Under the pieces are notes generated by a model. It searched no databases. It worked only from the letters and a program-made list of their open reading frames with translations, and was not told the origin of the DNA. 64,000 nt of DNA. Source: an uncultured virus (IMG/VR IMGVR_UViG_3300020255_000001) (Duplodnaviria > Heunggongvirae > Uroviricota > Caudoviricetes > Kyanoviridae). Positions 1-7,254 of this stretch are shown here, piece after piece. Position 1 is the first letter of the stretch, and the number at the start of each line of letters is the position of its first letter. Both the position numbers and the translations under genes were made by a program. The stretch lies in the IMG/VR virus record IMGVR_UViG_3300020255_000001; one strand, given 5' to 3'.

Positions 1-7
1 ATCAGTT

Positions 8-253
8 ATGATGACCTATGAGAACTGGATAAAGAGTTGCCCTGACCCTGTTCGATTTGCTACAAATTACGTTGATATAGAATCTGACGTATTATCTGTT
101 ATTGACACATACGACAGGGAAGAATGGGATAAATCAAAAATTGATGAGGAATTTATCAAGGACATTTGTTATCAAGTTTACGATCAAGATTGGTCAGAAT
201 GGAATGATTTTATTGCTTATTTAATCGACAACAAAATGGAGGAAATCTTATGA
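8..253 (+). CDS. Small acidic hypothetical early protein
   Basis: 81-aa D/E-rich ORF; stop overlaps the next ATG (ATGA). Confidence 0.7.
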   Translation: MMTYENWIKSCPDPVRFATNYVDIESDVLSVIDTYDREEWDKSKIDEEFIKDICYQVYDQDWSEWNDFIAYLIDNKMEEIL

Positions 254-324
254 TTATCTTAACAATTCTAGTAATTATATTTGTTATAATATTAATGTTA
301 AACTACTACAACCCACATCACTAA
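250..324 (+). CDS. 24-aa single-pass membrane micropeptide (MIILTILVIIFVIILMLNYYNPHH)
   Basis: Hand-translated, not in the ORF track; ATGA-coupled to the upstream ORF and ends 1 nt before the next ATG. Confidence 0.5.
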   Translation: MIILTILVIIFVIILMLNYYNPHH

Positions 325-325
325 A

Positions 326-664
326 ATGTATCAACTTAATTTAACAGCAAGAGAACTAGGTTTAGTTGCAAATCAATTAGGTTACTGTTATTGTGACCTA
401 GATGAGAACAATGCACCGTCAGGAATGGCATTTGACCGATACGGTAAAGATGCAGTTGTAGGAGCATTTAGAAAGGTTCAAGAACTCATTAACGATCAAT
501 GGTTAACAGAGAATGAACTAGAATTATCTAAAGAGCAACGTAAAACTACATTTCCAATACCTAGTGAATCAGCATTTGGTATTGAGAGAGATTTCGAGGT
601 GCTAAGAATGAAAAGAAAAGATCACAATAAAATTTCTAAAAGACCTACTTCATTCTATATGTAA
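326..664 (+). CDS. Hypothetical early protein
   Basis: 112-aa ORF in a tightly packed operon. Confidence 0.7.
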   Translation: MYQLNLTARELGLVANQLGYCYCDLDENNAPSGMAFDRYGKDAVVGAFRKVQELINDQWLTENELELSKEQRKTTFPIPSESAFGIERDFEVLRMKRKDHNKISKRPTSFYM

Positions 665-666
665 TT

Positions 667-900
667 ATGAAACAATTTAACATAACAATAAACGAAACAG
701 AGCAACAGATTTTAATTGACTCTATGATGTTCTTTTTTACATTCTATAACAATGAAACAAAAGGTAATGACACATCAAATACCGTTGATATGTATAGAGT
801 ATGGTATAAAAAGAACAAATTAAAAGATAGCAAAGCAACATTTGAAAAAGTATTCTATGCTATGACAGATAAAAAAGTGTCACTACCAGAATTGAAATAG
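667..900 (+). CDS. Hypothetical early protein
   Basis: 77-aa ORF, 2-nt gap to the upstream gene. Confidence 0.65.
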   Translation: MKQFNITINETEQQILIDSMMFFFTFYNNETKGNDTSNTVDMYRVWYKKNKLKDSKATFEKVFYAMTDKKVSLPELK

Positions 901-943
901 ACACATTATCGTTTAATATTAAATCAAGAAACAAAACACTATT
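863..943 (+). promoter_or_regulatory. Early promoter cassette, class A (TGACA-N10-TGTCA, TTGAAA/TAATAT, AACACT leader)
   Basis: TGACA 863-867, TGTCA 878-882, TTGAAA 892-897, GTTTAATAT 911-919, AACACT 935-940, ATG 944. Confidence 0.7.
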
Positions 944-1111
944 ATGTCAGTTTTACATCACGAGTCAATCTTAGAAACACTTTATGATGAAGTTGTTGCC
1001 GAGTCACTCGAAAATCTAAGAAAAGCAGGATTCAATGTTAAAGAGTCCGATCTTGATATGGTTGCTATAGATGCCACAGTTGGTAGGAGGTTCGAGGACT
1101 TATGCCTATAA
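944..1111 (+). CDS. 55-aa early protein (MSVLHHESILETLYDE...)
   Basis: Hand-translated; directly follows the promoter and AACACT leader. Confidence 0.7.
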   Translation: MSVLHHESILETLYDEVVAESLENLRKAGFNVKESDLDMVAIDATVGRRFEDLCL

Positions 1112-1269
1112 TCAAACTATCAATCGAAGAGCATCAATCACTCACTAGGTTATTATCACACCCTAAAACAATGAAATATAGGAGTGATTTATATGATACA
1201 GAAACTTTTGACTCAATGGAAGATAAAGTTTATGATGCAGTAAACAACTTAACAGTAGAGGATTTCTAA
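1102..1269 (+). CDS. 55-aa hypothetical early protein
   Basis: Hand-translated (MPIIKLSIEEHQ...); GAGGA upstream; abuts the next ATG at 1271. Confidence 0.6.
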   Translation: MPIIKLSIEEHQSLTRLLSHPKTMKYRSDLYDTETFDSMEDKVYDAVNNLTVEDF

Positions 1270-1270
1270 A

Positions 1271-1486
1271 ATGAAAACAGAATCACTAGATAAATCTATT
1301 GATGTCTTAATTGACACAATAATGAAATCAACTATTAGAGCAGTTGATGAGAACCGTATGGAGGACTCAAAAGCATTATTTGATGAATTTGTTGTAGATG
1401 GTAAAGAACCATTAACAGACAATTTCGAGTGGTTATACACTTATTACAAATTTGATGATTCAATGCGAGGTATTGAAAATGATTAA
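1271..1486 (+). CDS. Hypothetical acidic early protein
   Basis: 71-aa ORF with GAGGA SD-like sequence upstream. Confidence 0.7.
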   Translation: MKTESLDKSIDVLIDTIMKSTIRAVDENRMEDSKALFDEFVVDGKEPLTDNFEWLYTYYKFDDSMRGIEND

Positions 1487-1640
1487 TGTACAGATTACTT
1501 TTGATGAAGCATACCAGTTTATTAAACTGTATGATATTCTAAGGGATATGGATATGCCCTTAACAGAAAAACAAATGAGTGTATTTGAGAAAGTACAATA
1601 TGCTCAAAGTAGTTCACATTATCAGGATTTACCACAATGA
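1479..1640 (+). CDS. Hypothetical early protein
   Basis: Track ORF 1452-1640; ATG at 1479, preceded by GAGG, is the likelier start. Confidence 0.6.
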   Translation: MINVQITFDEAYQFIKLYDILRDMDMPLTEKQMSVFEKVQYAQSSSHYQDLPQ

Positions 1641-2011
1641 GCAAATTAACACCATTTCAACAGGCACTAGCAACAAATATGGGTCAAGAAAAATTAGACT
1701 CAGATAATCTAGTTACACTTGTAAGAAGAAGATTTCTTTTAGAAGAAGTTGTATTGACAAGAGAACAGTACGAAAATTACTCATCTAAGGTTGATAGTAC
1801 TGGTTTTACTTGGGATTCATTAAAATGGGAAAATGCTCAATGGGAAGATTATGAATTTGAAAACACTTATTATAGTGCCTATGAAGGCGATATTACAAGT
1901 TTTACTGATGATGTAGTTGCATTTATGCAACCTGACCCAGAAAATCGTTTATCTTATGAACAGTTGCCACTACTGAATAGTGACGATTTTTACGATCAAT
2001 TCAACAAATAA
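1637..2011 (+). CDS. Hypothetical acidic early protein
   Basis: 124-aa ORF with ATGA overlap. Confidence 0.7.
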   Translation: MSKLTPFQQALATNMGQEKLDSDNLVTLVRRRFLLEEVVLTREQYENYSSKVDSTGFTWDSLKWENAQWEDYEFENTYYSAYEGDITSFTDDVVAFMQPDPENRLSYEQLPLLNSDDFYDQFNK

Positions 2012-2017
2012 TTTGAG

Positions 2018-2100
2018 GGTGTGACAGTAAAAATATTGTCACACCTTTTATTGTATTTGATACAAAATGGTTTAATATACAAATAGTTAAAAACAACACT
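2018..2100 (+). promoter_or_regulatory. Early promoter cassette, class A, whose inverted repeat can also act as a terminator
   Basis: GGTGTGACA 2018-2026 / TGTCACACC 2037-2045 then TTTT; TTGTAT 2051-2056; GTTTAATAT 2070-2078; AACACT 2095-2100; ATG 2101. Confidence 0.75.
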
Positions 2101-2364
2101 ATGAACTTTGAAAAAATTTTAGAACAGTTCCAAACTGACCTAGAAAACTATTGTAAGGAAAATCAGTCCTTACACCCTATGAATCAAGATTTTTGGTTTA
2201 GTCAATTTGAAAATGACATTTACGAAATGCAGGAAATCGTTGACGGTATTCTAGGATTTGACTTTCAAGAAGCGTATAACTCTCAATATGACCCTGAGAG
2301 AGTGACTACACCCGAAGAAAGGGATAGAATCGCATTTCAGCAAAAAATGGAAGCGAAGGGTTAA
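2101..2364 (+). CDS. Hypothetical early protein
   Basis: 87-aa ORF directly after the AACACT leader. Confidence 0.75.
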   Translation: MNFEKILEQFQTDLENYCKENQSLHPMNQDFWFSQFENDIYEMQEIVDGILGFDFQEAYNSQYDPERVTTPEERDRIAFQQKMEAKG

Positions 2365-2365
2365 T

Positions 2366-2581
2366 ATGCAGTACTTAGTAACCGATATTGAATTTGACTT
2401 CAATGAAGATTTACCAGATTATTATAGTGTCTCATTTGATGACCAAAAACTAATAATCAATGACAATTTAGGTTTATGGGAAGCAACCGACCCTGATGAT
2501 TTAATCGAAGAAGTGACCGCTAACGCAGGTTGGTGCATTAAATCAATCGACTACAAAATACAATTAAAAGAGGACTTTTAA
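2366..2581 (+). CDS. Acidic early protein of a type common in cyanophages
   Basis: Motif VTDIEFDF...WEA.D.DDLIEEVT...GWCIKSIDY. Confidence 0.7.
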   Translation: MQYLVTDIEFDFNEDLPDYYSVSFDDQKLIINDNLGLWEATDPDDLIEEVTANAGWCIKSIDYKIQLKEDF

Positions 2582-2583
2582 AA

Positions 2584-2799
2584 ATGAATGAACTAAAAAG
2601 ATATTACATCAATGTAAAATTCGATAAATACGGAACATATACTTTTGAAGCAAAAAGTAAGGAACACGCTATTGAACTTTACAAAAATGGGGATTATGAT
2701 TTTTCAGATTATACTGAAGATTTTGGGGAATTTAATGAAGTTATAGAAGATATTGAAGAAGAAATTTTTACAGATACTCAACTATCATTAGCAATTTAA
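2584..2799 (+). CDS. Acidic hypothetical early protein
   Basis: 71-aa ORF, GAGGA SD, motif (V/F)EA.S.E.A. Confidence 0.7.
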   Translation: MNELKRYYINVKFDKYGTYTFEAKSKEHAIELYKNGDYDFSDYTEDFGEFNEVIEDIEEEIFTDTQLSLAI

Positions 2800-2804
2800 T
2801 TATT

Positions 2805-2871
2805 TCTTAACAATTCAAATATCCATTATTCATTATTTTATGTTATGATGGATTCATATACAAAAAACACT
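2805..2871 (+). promoter_or_regulatory. Early promoter cassette, class B
   Basis: TCTTAACAATTC 2805-2816, TG-T-TATGAT 2841-2849, AACACT 2866-2871, ATG 2872. Confidence 0.7.
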
Positions 2872-3126
2872 ATGGACAACTTTAAAGAATTTCTTGATTA
2901 TTGTGAATCATTTTATTCACCTAGTCACCCTGATGTGCTTTACCCTATTGATGGTTTAACTAGGGAAGAATTAGCACTTGCAACTTTAAACTATCTCGAC
3001 CTATGTGAAGTAGGCACTCACGTTACTTGGGGCGGTGGGGATTCTCTTGATAGAGAGAGAGTAAGAGATTTTGTTATTGAGCGTAGAGCAACTAATCAAA
3101 CATTATCAAAAATGGGGGTGGCATAA
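2872..3126 (+). CDS. Cyanophage-type early protein (F.DY..SFY...GDS.DRE.VRD)
   Basis: Track ORF 2845-3126; start moved to the ATG after AACACT. Confidence 0.7.
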   Translation: MDNFKEFLDYCESFYSPSHPDVLYPIDGLTREELALATLNYLDLCEVGTHVTWGGGDSLDRERVRDFVIERRATNQTLSKMGVA

Positions 3127-3350
3127 TGGCATTATGTGACGTATGTGGTAATTTTGATGATGAGCATACTGACGGAGAACCGTCAATTAGGGCATTACCA
3201 GATTATCAACCTGATCTCTATTACTATTGGGATTATCCAATAGAAGAAAAATATAATTGGCGAGATCATTTTCCTGATGCTGATTGCCTTTGCGAAATTT
3301 GTTTTGATATAGCAAATTCAGAAAAGAAAATCAAATGGGAAAATAATTAA
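3126..3350 (+). CDS. Small Cys-rich, possibly Zn-binding protein
   Basis: CDVC and CLCEIC motifs; TAATG coupling. Confidence 0.65.
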   Translation: MALCDVCGNFDDEHTDGEPSIRALPDYQPDLYYYWDYPIEEKYNWRDHFPDADCLCEICFDIANSEKKIKWENN

Positions 3351-3355
3351 TTATT

Positions 3356-3428
3356 TCTTAATATTTCATTATTGACATATATCAGAAATATATGCAATAA
3401 TAAATTATACAAAACAACACTAAAAAAA
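3356..3428 (+). promoter_or_regulatory. Early promoter cassette, class B
   Basis: TCTTAATATTTC 3356-3367, TTGACA 3372-3377, TG-C-AATAAT 3393-3401, AACACT 3416-3421, ATG 3429. Confidence 0.75.
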
Positions 3429-3641
3429 ATGTCAAAAAATCAATTCAATTTCAAATATACAGTTGAAACACCCAGATTATTCAATTCTGAGGTATATACT
3501 GATGATTTAGAAAAAGCAAAGGATTTATCCTTTGAATTTGGGTTAGATTATGAATATTCTTGTGTTCGAGATAACAAAACAGGGGAAATAATTGATGAAA
3601 CAGGGAACATAATGGGGTTAGTAGAGGAGGGTATCGTATAA
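3429..3641 (+). CDS. Hypothetical early protein
   Basis: Track ORF 3372-3641 starts on the TTG of the -35 box; ATG 3429 is in frame. Confidence 0.7.
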   Translation: MSKNQFNFKYTVETPRLFNSEVYTDDLEKAKDLSFEFGLDYEYSCVRDNKTGEIIDETGNIMGLVEEGIV

Positions 3642-3778
3642 TGTTTACACAAAAAGAAATCCTCTATATGATAGAGTGTTTAAACTTTCATTATTCAGAA
3701 AATGATGACAAGAAAAATGAAATTATTGATGTCAATTCTGACATTTTAATTAAATTACATAAGGAGTTAATCAAGTGA
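3641..3778 (+). CDS. 45-aa hypothetical protein
   Basis: Hand-translated (MFTQKEILYMIECL...); strong GAGGAGG SD; coupled at both ends. Confidence 0.6.
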   Translation: MFTQKEILYMIECLNFHYSENDDKKNEIIDVNSDILIKLHKELIK

Positions 3779-3999
3779 AAATTAAGCAACTAATTGAAGA
3801 ATTGGGTTTATTTGTTGATTATGAAAAATCAACTTGTAAACCTGATGATAACATAACATTTTATTATTTGAAGAATAACCATTTAACAAATTGTCAATTT
3901 GAAAGTTTTTTCGATTGTAATTATGTTGATATTAATGATAATGTTGATTATGAGTTTACAATTCAAGATACTAGCGAAATTATGGAGGATTCTAACTAA
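3775..3999 (+). CDS. Hypothetical early protein
   Basis: GTG start with AAGGAG SD; 74 aa. Confidence 0.65.
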   Translation: MKIKQLIEELGLFVDYEKSTCKPDDNITFYYLKNNHLTNCQFESFFDCNYVDINDNVDYEFTIQDTSEIMEDSN

Positions 4000-4241
4000 T
4001 GAACCAAAAACAGTTTATCGAAGAAGTTTTTGAAATTGCATACGGAGAAAATGCGATTAATCGAAATTTCACTTTTGAAGAAGTTATTGAAACATTAAGA
4101 GAATTTTCAGATAATGCTTTAATTTTTGAAGAATCAGGTTTAACTAGGGAAGAATTAGAGAATATCAGCGAAATTAGTCAAGAGTCCTATAAAAAGGGAT
4201 ATATTGATAGAAAAAAAGATGAATTGTTAAAAAAATGTTAA
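3999..4241 (+). CDS. Acidic hypothetical early protein
   Basis: 80 aa, GGAGG SD, TAATG coupling. Confidence 0.7.
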   Translation: MNQKQFIEEVFEIAYGENAINRNFTFEEVIETLREFSDNALIFEESGLTREELENISEISQESYKKGYIDRKKDELLKKC

Positions 4242-4256
4242 GATCAATTTTTCCTA

Positions 4257-4318
4257 TTGCATTATGCTTAATTTTCCCTTATATTGGTTATGTACAAACA
4301 ACACTAACCTAACCTACT
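4257..4318 (+). promoter_or_regulatory. Early promoter cassette
   Basis: TTGCAT 4257-4262, 17-nt spacer, TATATT 4280-4285, AACACT 4300-4305, ATG 4319. Confidence 0.6.
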
Positions 4319-4447
4319 ATGGATAAGGATTTAAAAATGCTTCATAGACTTATCAAATTTGCAGATAAGGAAATTGCGAAGCAAAACGCTAAAACTGAGA
4401 TTCTTATAGATCAGTTTAACAACAGAAACAACTTACTTAGAGGTTAA
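4319..4447 (+). CDS. 42-aa hypothetical protein
   Basis: Hand-translated (MDKDLKMLHRLIKF...); follows the leader motif. Confidence 0.6.
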   Translation: MDKDLKMLHRLIKFADKEIAKQNAKTEILIDQFNNRNNLLRG

Positions 4448-4452
4448 ACAAA

Positions 4453-4587
4453 ATGAATAAAAGACTAGGTTTAATCTTTTTATTGTTACTTGTAATAAAT
4501 CCTATTACAGGTAACTTTACAAGAGTTCAAATATCTAAAACTCTTGATTTTACATCTAACATAATCCACCCTTATAGGTCATACTAA
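4453..4587 (+). CDS. 44-aa small protein with N-terminal hydrophobic segment
   Basis: Hand-translated (MNKRLGLIFLLLLVINP...); GAGG SD. Confidence 0.55.
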   Translation: MNKRLGLIFLLLLVINPITGNFTRVQISKTLDFTSNIIHPYRSY

Positions 4588-4691
4588 TGGAATTATTTTT
4601 ACTTATCGGTGGTTGTTATGCCTTATTCATAACTGGTAAAGCAATAGCAACTAACCTAGACTACCACGCTATACAAAAGGATAGAAAGTAA
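4587..4691 (+). CDS. 34-aa membrane micropeptide
   Basis: Hand-translated (MELFLLIGGCYALFITGKAIA...); TAATG coupling at both ends. Confidence 0.55.
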   Translation: MELFLLIGGCYALFITGKAIATNLDYHAIQKDRK

Positions 4692-4846
4692 TGAATGATG
4701 ATTTTATGCCATCAATGAGTGATGACTTAGTTAAACTTGCTGACCAATATGAAGGCAACTTATTAAACTATTTTTGCGGTATGAGTCCAAAACAAAGTAA
4801 AAAGTTTAATAAAATGATAAGAGACTCTAAGAAAAAAAGATTTTAG
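4691..4846 (+). CDS. 51-aa hypothetical protein
   Basis: Hand-translated (MNDDFMPSMSDDLVKLADQY...); TAATG coupling. Confidence 0.55.
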   Translation: MNDDFMPSMSDDLVKLADQYEGNLLNYFCGMSPKQSKKFNKMIRDSKKKRF

Positions 4847-4850
4847 ATTT

Positions 4851-4924
4851 TCTTAACAATTCAATCCACAATAATTAATTACCTATGCTAATATAGGTAT
4901 ATAAGCAAAAAACACTTTTTTAAA
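4851..4924 (+). promoter_or_regulatory. Early promoter cassette, class B
   Basis: TCTTAACAATTC 4851-4862, TCCACA 4865-4870, TG-C-TAATAT 4886-4894, AACACT 4911-4916, ATG 4925. Confidence 0.7.
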
Positions 4925-5359
4925 ATGCCAACTTTGACTTTTTCAAAACCCAGTATTACAACCGCATTATTCGCTATGATGAAGTGTAATACAAAAGGAA
5001 CTGGTCTAGGTAATACTGAAGTTATTACTAGGTTAGACGGTTCAAATATTGTTGACGTAAAATTTTACGATACAATAATTGCTTCAATCGACCACACACA
5101 TTTTGGTTATAGGTCGGTTAAATTATACAATGGTGGATTTAGAACCAAAACAACTAAAGAGAGATTAAACGCAATTCTTAGTGAACTAACTAAGGATAGA
5201 GTTTATATCAAGCAAGTAAAAAAACAATGGGTAGTAATTGACACTTTAACTGGTGCAGAAATTCAATTCTACGAAGGTATGAAAGTATTTGAAAAGCATT
5301 TAACTATTTCAGATATTGATTATTTTAACACTAACGGATACTACCCACTAGCAAGTTAG
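4925..5359 (+). CDS. Conserved phage early protein of unknown function
   Basis: Motif GGF.T.TTK.RLNA.L...I.Q....W, recognised from phage early proteins. Confidence 0.75.
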   Translation: MPTLTFSKPSITTALFAMMKCNTKGTGLGNTEVITRLDGSNIVDVKFYDTIIASIDHTHFGYRSVKLYNGGFRTKTTKERLNAILSELTKDRVYIKQVKKQWVVIDTLTGAEIQFYEGMKVFEKHLTISDIDYFNTNGYYPLAS

Positions 5360-5362
5360 ATA

Positions 5363-5441
5363 ACTGGCATTAAAAGGTTTTAGTGTTCCCTTTTATGTAA
5401 GTCCAGTAATATTAATCATATCTCACACTATGGTTAATATT
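5363..5441 (+). ncRNA. Candidate structured RNA (two adjacent stem-loops)
   Basis: ACTGG 5363-5367/CCAGT 5403-5407 enclosing AAAAGG/CCTTTT; 13-bp stem 5408-5420/5429-5441 with one G-U pair. Confidence 0.4.
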
Positions 5442-5480
5442 GTTAGGTTAAATTGATAAATTTAAAAATTTGGTTTTTTT

Positions 5481-5513
5481 AAGGTTAGAATTGGGAACTC
5501 TAACCTTTTTTTT
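5481..5513 (+). terminator. Rho-independent terminator
   Basis: AAGGTTAGA/TCTAACCTT stem followed by a T-run. Confidence 0.8.
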
Positions 5514-5526
5514 ATGCTTTATTATT

Positions 5527-5594
5527 TCTTAATATTTCATACTCACATAATGTAAAAAATATGTTATCATAGTATTAACAACACTAATTACACT
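5527..5594 (+). promoter_or_regulatory. Early promoter cassette, class B
   Basis: TCTTAATATTTC 5527-5538, CTCACA 5542-5547, TG-T-TATCAT 5562-5570, AACACT 5580-5585, ATG 5595. Confidence 0.75.
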
Positions 5595-5837
5595 ATGTTC
5601 GAGTTTTATCCTTACGCTACAGAGAAGGGAAATATCCCAAACACTAAAGTAAGCAAAATTAATTTCCCTAATAATAATTTTGGTGCATCTATCGTTTACT
5701 TTGAAAATGATGGATTATATGAACTTGCTTTAACTAATAGTTTTGGAAGATTTATAACTGGTAATGGAGCAGAATATAAGTATTCTTGCACATTAGCAGA
5801 AATTAACTCATATTTGAGACAATGGAGCGAATATTAA
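5595..5837 (+). CDS. Conserved phage hypothetical protein
   Basis: Motif F.N..GAS(I/V)V....GLYE.A. Confidence 0.7.
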   Translation: MFEFYPYATEKGNIPNTKVSKINFPNNNFGASIVYFENDGLYELALTNSFGRFITGNGAEYKYSCTLAEINSYLRQWSEY

Positions 5838-5921
5838 GAGAATATTAAATTCTCTTTTTTACTCTCACATATTTTAAAAAATATGTTATCATTAATTTAT
5901 ACAAAACACTTTTTTCCCAAA
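5836..5921 (+). promoter_or_regulatory. Terminator hairpin plus early promoter cassette
   Basis: AAGAGAAT/ATTCTCTT then T-run; CTCACA 5864-5869; TG-T-TATCAT 5884-5892; AACACT 5905-5910; TTTCCCAAAATG. Confidence 0.75.
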
Positions 5922-6203
5922 ATGTACAAAATTGCAAATTTCACTCTTGACCTATCTACAATTACAACAGAGGATTTAGTCAAAGTACTTGATAAAAAAT
6001 TTAACTATTGTGGAAACTGGAAGGCAACAGTTTATTCACAGAAAAATTTAGAAGATATTGCCCATAATGTTTTACAAGTTTTATATAAACGTGATTCTTG
6101 GGTATATGATAATGAAATTTATGTTTCAAGCGAAGTTTTAGAAACTGTTTTAGAGACAGTAATTCACATTTATGAGGGATATGTAAACCTTAAGAGATTG
6201 TAA
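5922..6203 (+). CDS. Hypothetical early protein
   Basis: Track ORF 5883-6203; start moved to the in-frame ATG 5922 after the leader. Confidence 0.7.
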   Translation: MYKIANFTLDLSTITTEDLVKVLDKKFNYCGNWKATVYSQKNLEDIAHNVLQVLYKRDSWVYDNEIYVSSEVLETVLETVIHIYEGYVNLKRL

Positions 6204-6275
6204 AAAATCTCTTTTTTTATTCCCATAAATCAAAAATTTATGTTATCATTAATTTAACAACACTAATTTCCCAAA
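6192..6275 (+). promoter_or_regulatory. Terminator hairpin plus early promoter cassette
   Basis: AAGAGATT/AATCTCTT then T-run; TG-T-TATCAT 6241-6249; AACACT 6259-6264; TTTCCCAAAATG; near-copy of the 5836-5921 cassette. Confidence 0.75.
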
Positions 6276-6815
6276 ATGCAAACTTTATCTAACTCTCAGC
6301 AAACTAGACTAGACAAAATCAATGCTGACCTAAGAAAGTCAAGAGTTTTAGAACTTAATGAAATTGTTAACCGTAGTTTACAATTTTCTACTGATTATGG
6401 AGTAGAATTTTCTAAAGTCTCAGAAATAGCACTTGATGAGGGAACAGAGAGACTAGACGAAATTCAAGAATTTCAAGAGACTTTCAACTTAGATATAGAT
6501 GACGCTATTGAAGAAATTGACACATACGAAAATGTTTGTAATGAGTTACGTTACTTCGATTCCCCAGTTGATGAAATTATTGAAGCATTTATTAACTTAT
6601 TCAGTATAAACGACTTAATGCACTTAGAAGAGTCCTATAGAGGGAAATACTACAGCGGAGCAGAATTTACAGAGGAATTAATCGCAGAATGTGGTTATAT
6701 TTCTAACTCACTTCCAAGTTGGATAGAGAACTGTATCGACTACGAAAAAATTTGGAATCATTCTCTAAGTTATGACTATTGCGAATGGGATAACCATATT
6801 TTTAGCAATTTCTAA
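6276..6815 (+). CDS. ardA: ArdA-like antirestriction (DNA-mimic) protein
   Basis: Very acidic; C-terminal Y.G.Y.S..EF.EELI.ECG....LPSWI...IDYE.IW...L..DY......IF pattern matches the ArdA C-terminal domain. Confidence 0.7.
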   Translation: MQTLSNSQQTRLDKINADLRKSRVLELNEIVNRSLQFSTDYGVEFSKVSEIALDEGTERLDEIQEFQETFNLDIDDAIEEIDTYENVCNELRYFDSPVDEIIEAFINLFSINDLMHLEESYRGKYYSGAEFTEELIAECGYISNSLPSWIENCIDYEKIWNHSLSYDYCEWDNHIFSNF

Positions 6816-6846
6816 GTAAAAAAGGGTTTTAATTAATCTTATATAT

Positions 6847-6875
6847 AAAGGGACTATTAACAAGTCCCTTTTTTT
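6847..6875 (+). terminator. Rho-independent terminator
   Basis: AAAGGGACT/AGTCCCTTT stem followed by a T-run. Confidence 0.8.
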
Positions 6876-6888
6876 ATTATCCTTTAAA

Positions 6889-7254
6889 ATGATGACTATT
6901 TACACGTTTAAAAAAGTAGATGCGGAGACATTTATAGACGATAGCGGAAACATATATAAACCTTTACCACTATATGAAGATTATTACATTAAGGAGAATG
7001 GCGAGGTCTATTCAACTAAGTGGGGAAAGTGGAAAAAACTTAGGACTCATATTAATGAAAACGGTTACAAGAGAGTAACTTTGAGACATAACGGTAAGAC
7101 CGTAGTAAGGAGAATTGCTAGACTTGTTGCAAGTGCTTTTTTAAATGCGGAGACTTCAGAAAGTGGACTAACTAACCCTATAGAACATAAGCAAGTGAGA
7201 CATATAGATGGGAACAAAGTAAACGATCATTTTAAAAACTTGCGGTATAAGTAA
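6889..7254 (+). CDS. NUMOD4/HNH homing-endonuclease-like protein, C-terminally short
   Basis: Y.I...G.VYS, NGY.RV.L...G.....RLVA.AF and HIDGNK.N....NL motifs. Confidence 0.75.
   Translation: MMTIYTFKKVDAETFIDDSGNIYKPLPLYEDYYIKENGEVYSTKWGKWKKLRTHINENGYKRVTLRHNGKTVVRRIARLVASAFLNAETSESGLTNPIEHKQVRHIDGNKVNDHFKNLRYK

Noticed and set aside
3372..3428. N-terminal extensions of the track ORFs starting at 2845, 3372 and 5883
   Set aside because: These starts fall inside promoter boxes; the downstream ATGs after AACACT are preferred
5377..5383. GTTTTAG resembling the start of a type II CRISPR repeat
   Set aside because: A single 7-mer in AT-rich DNA, not repeated as an array
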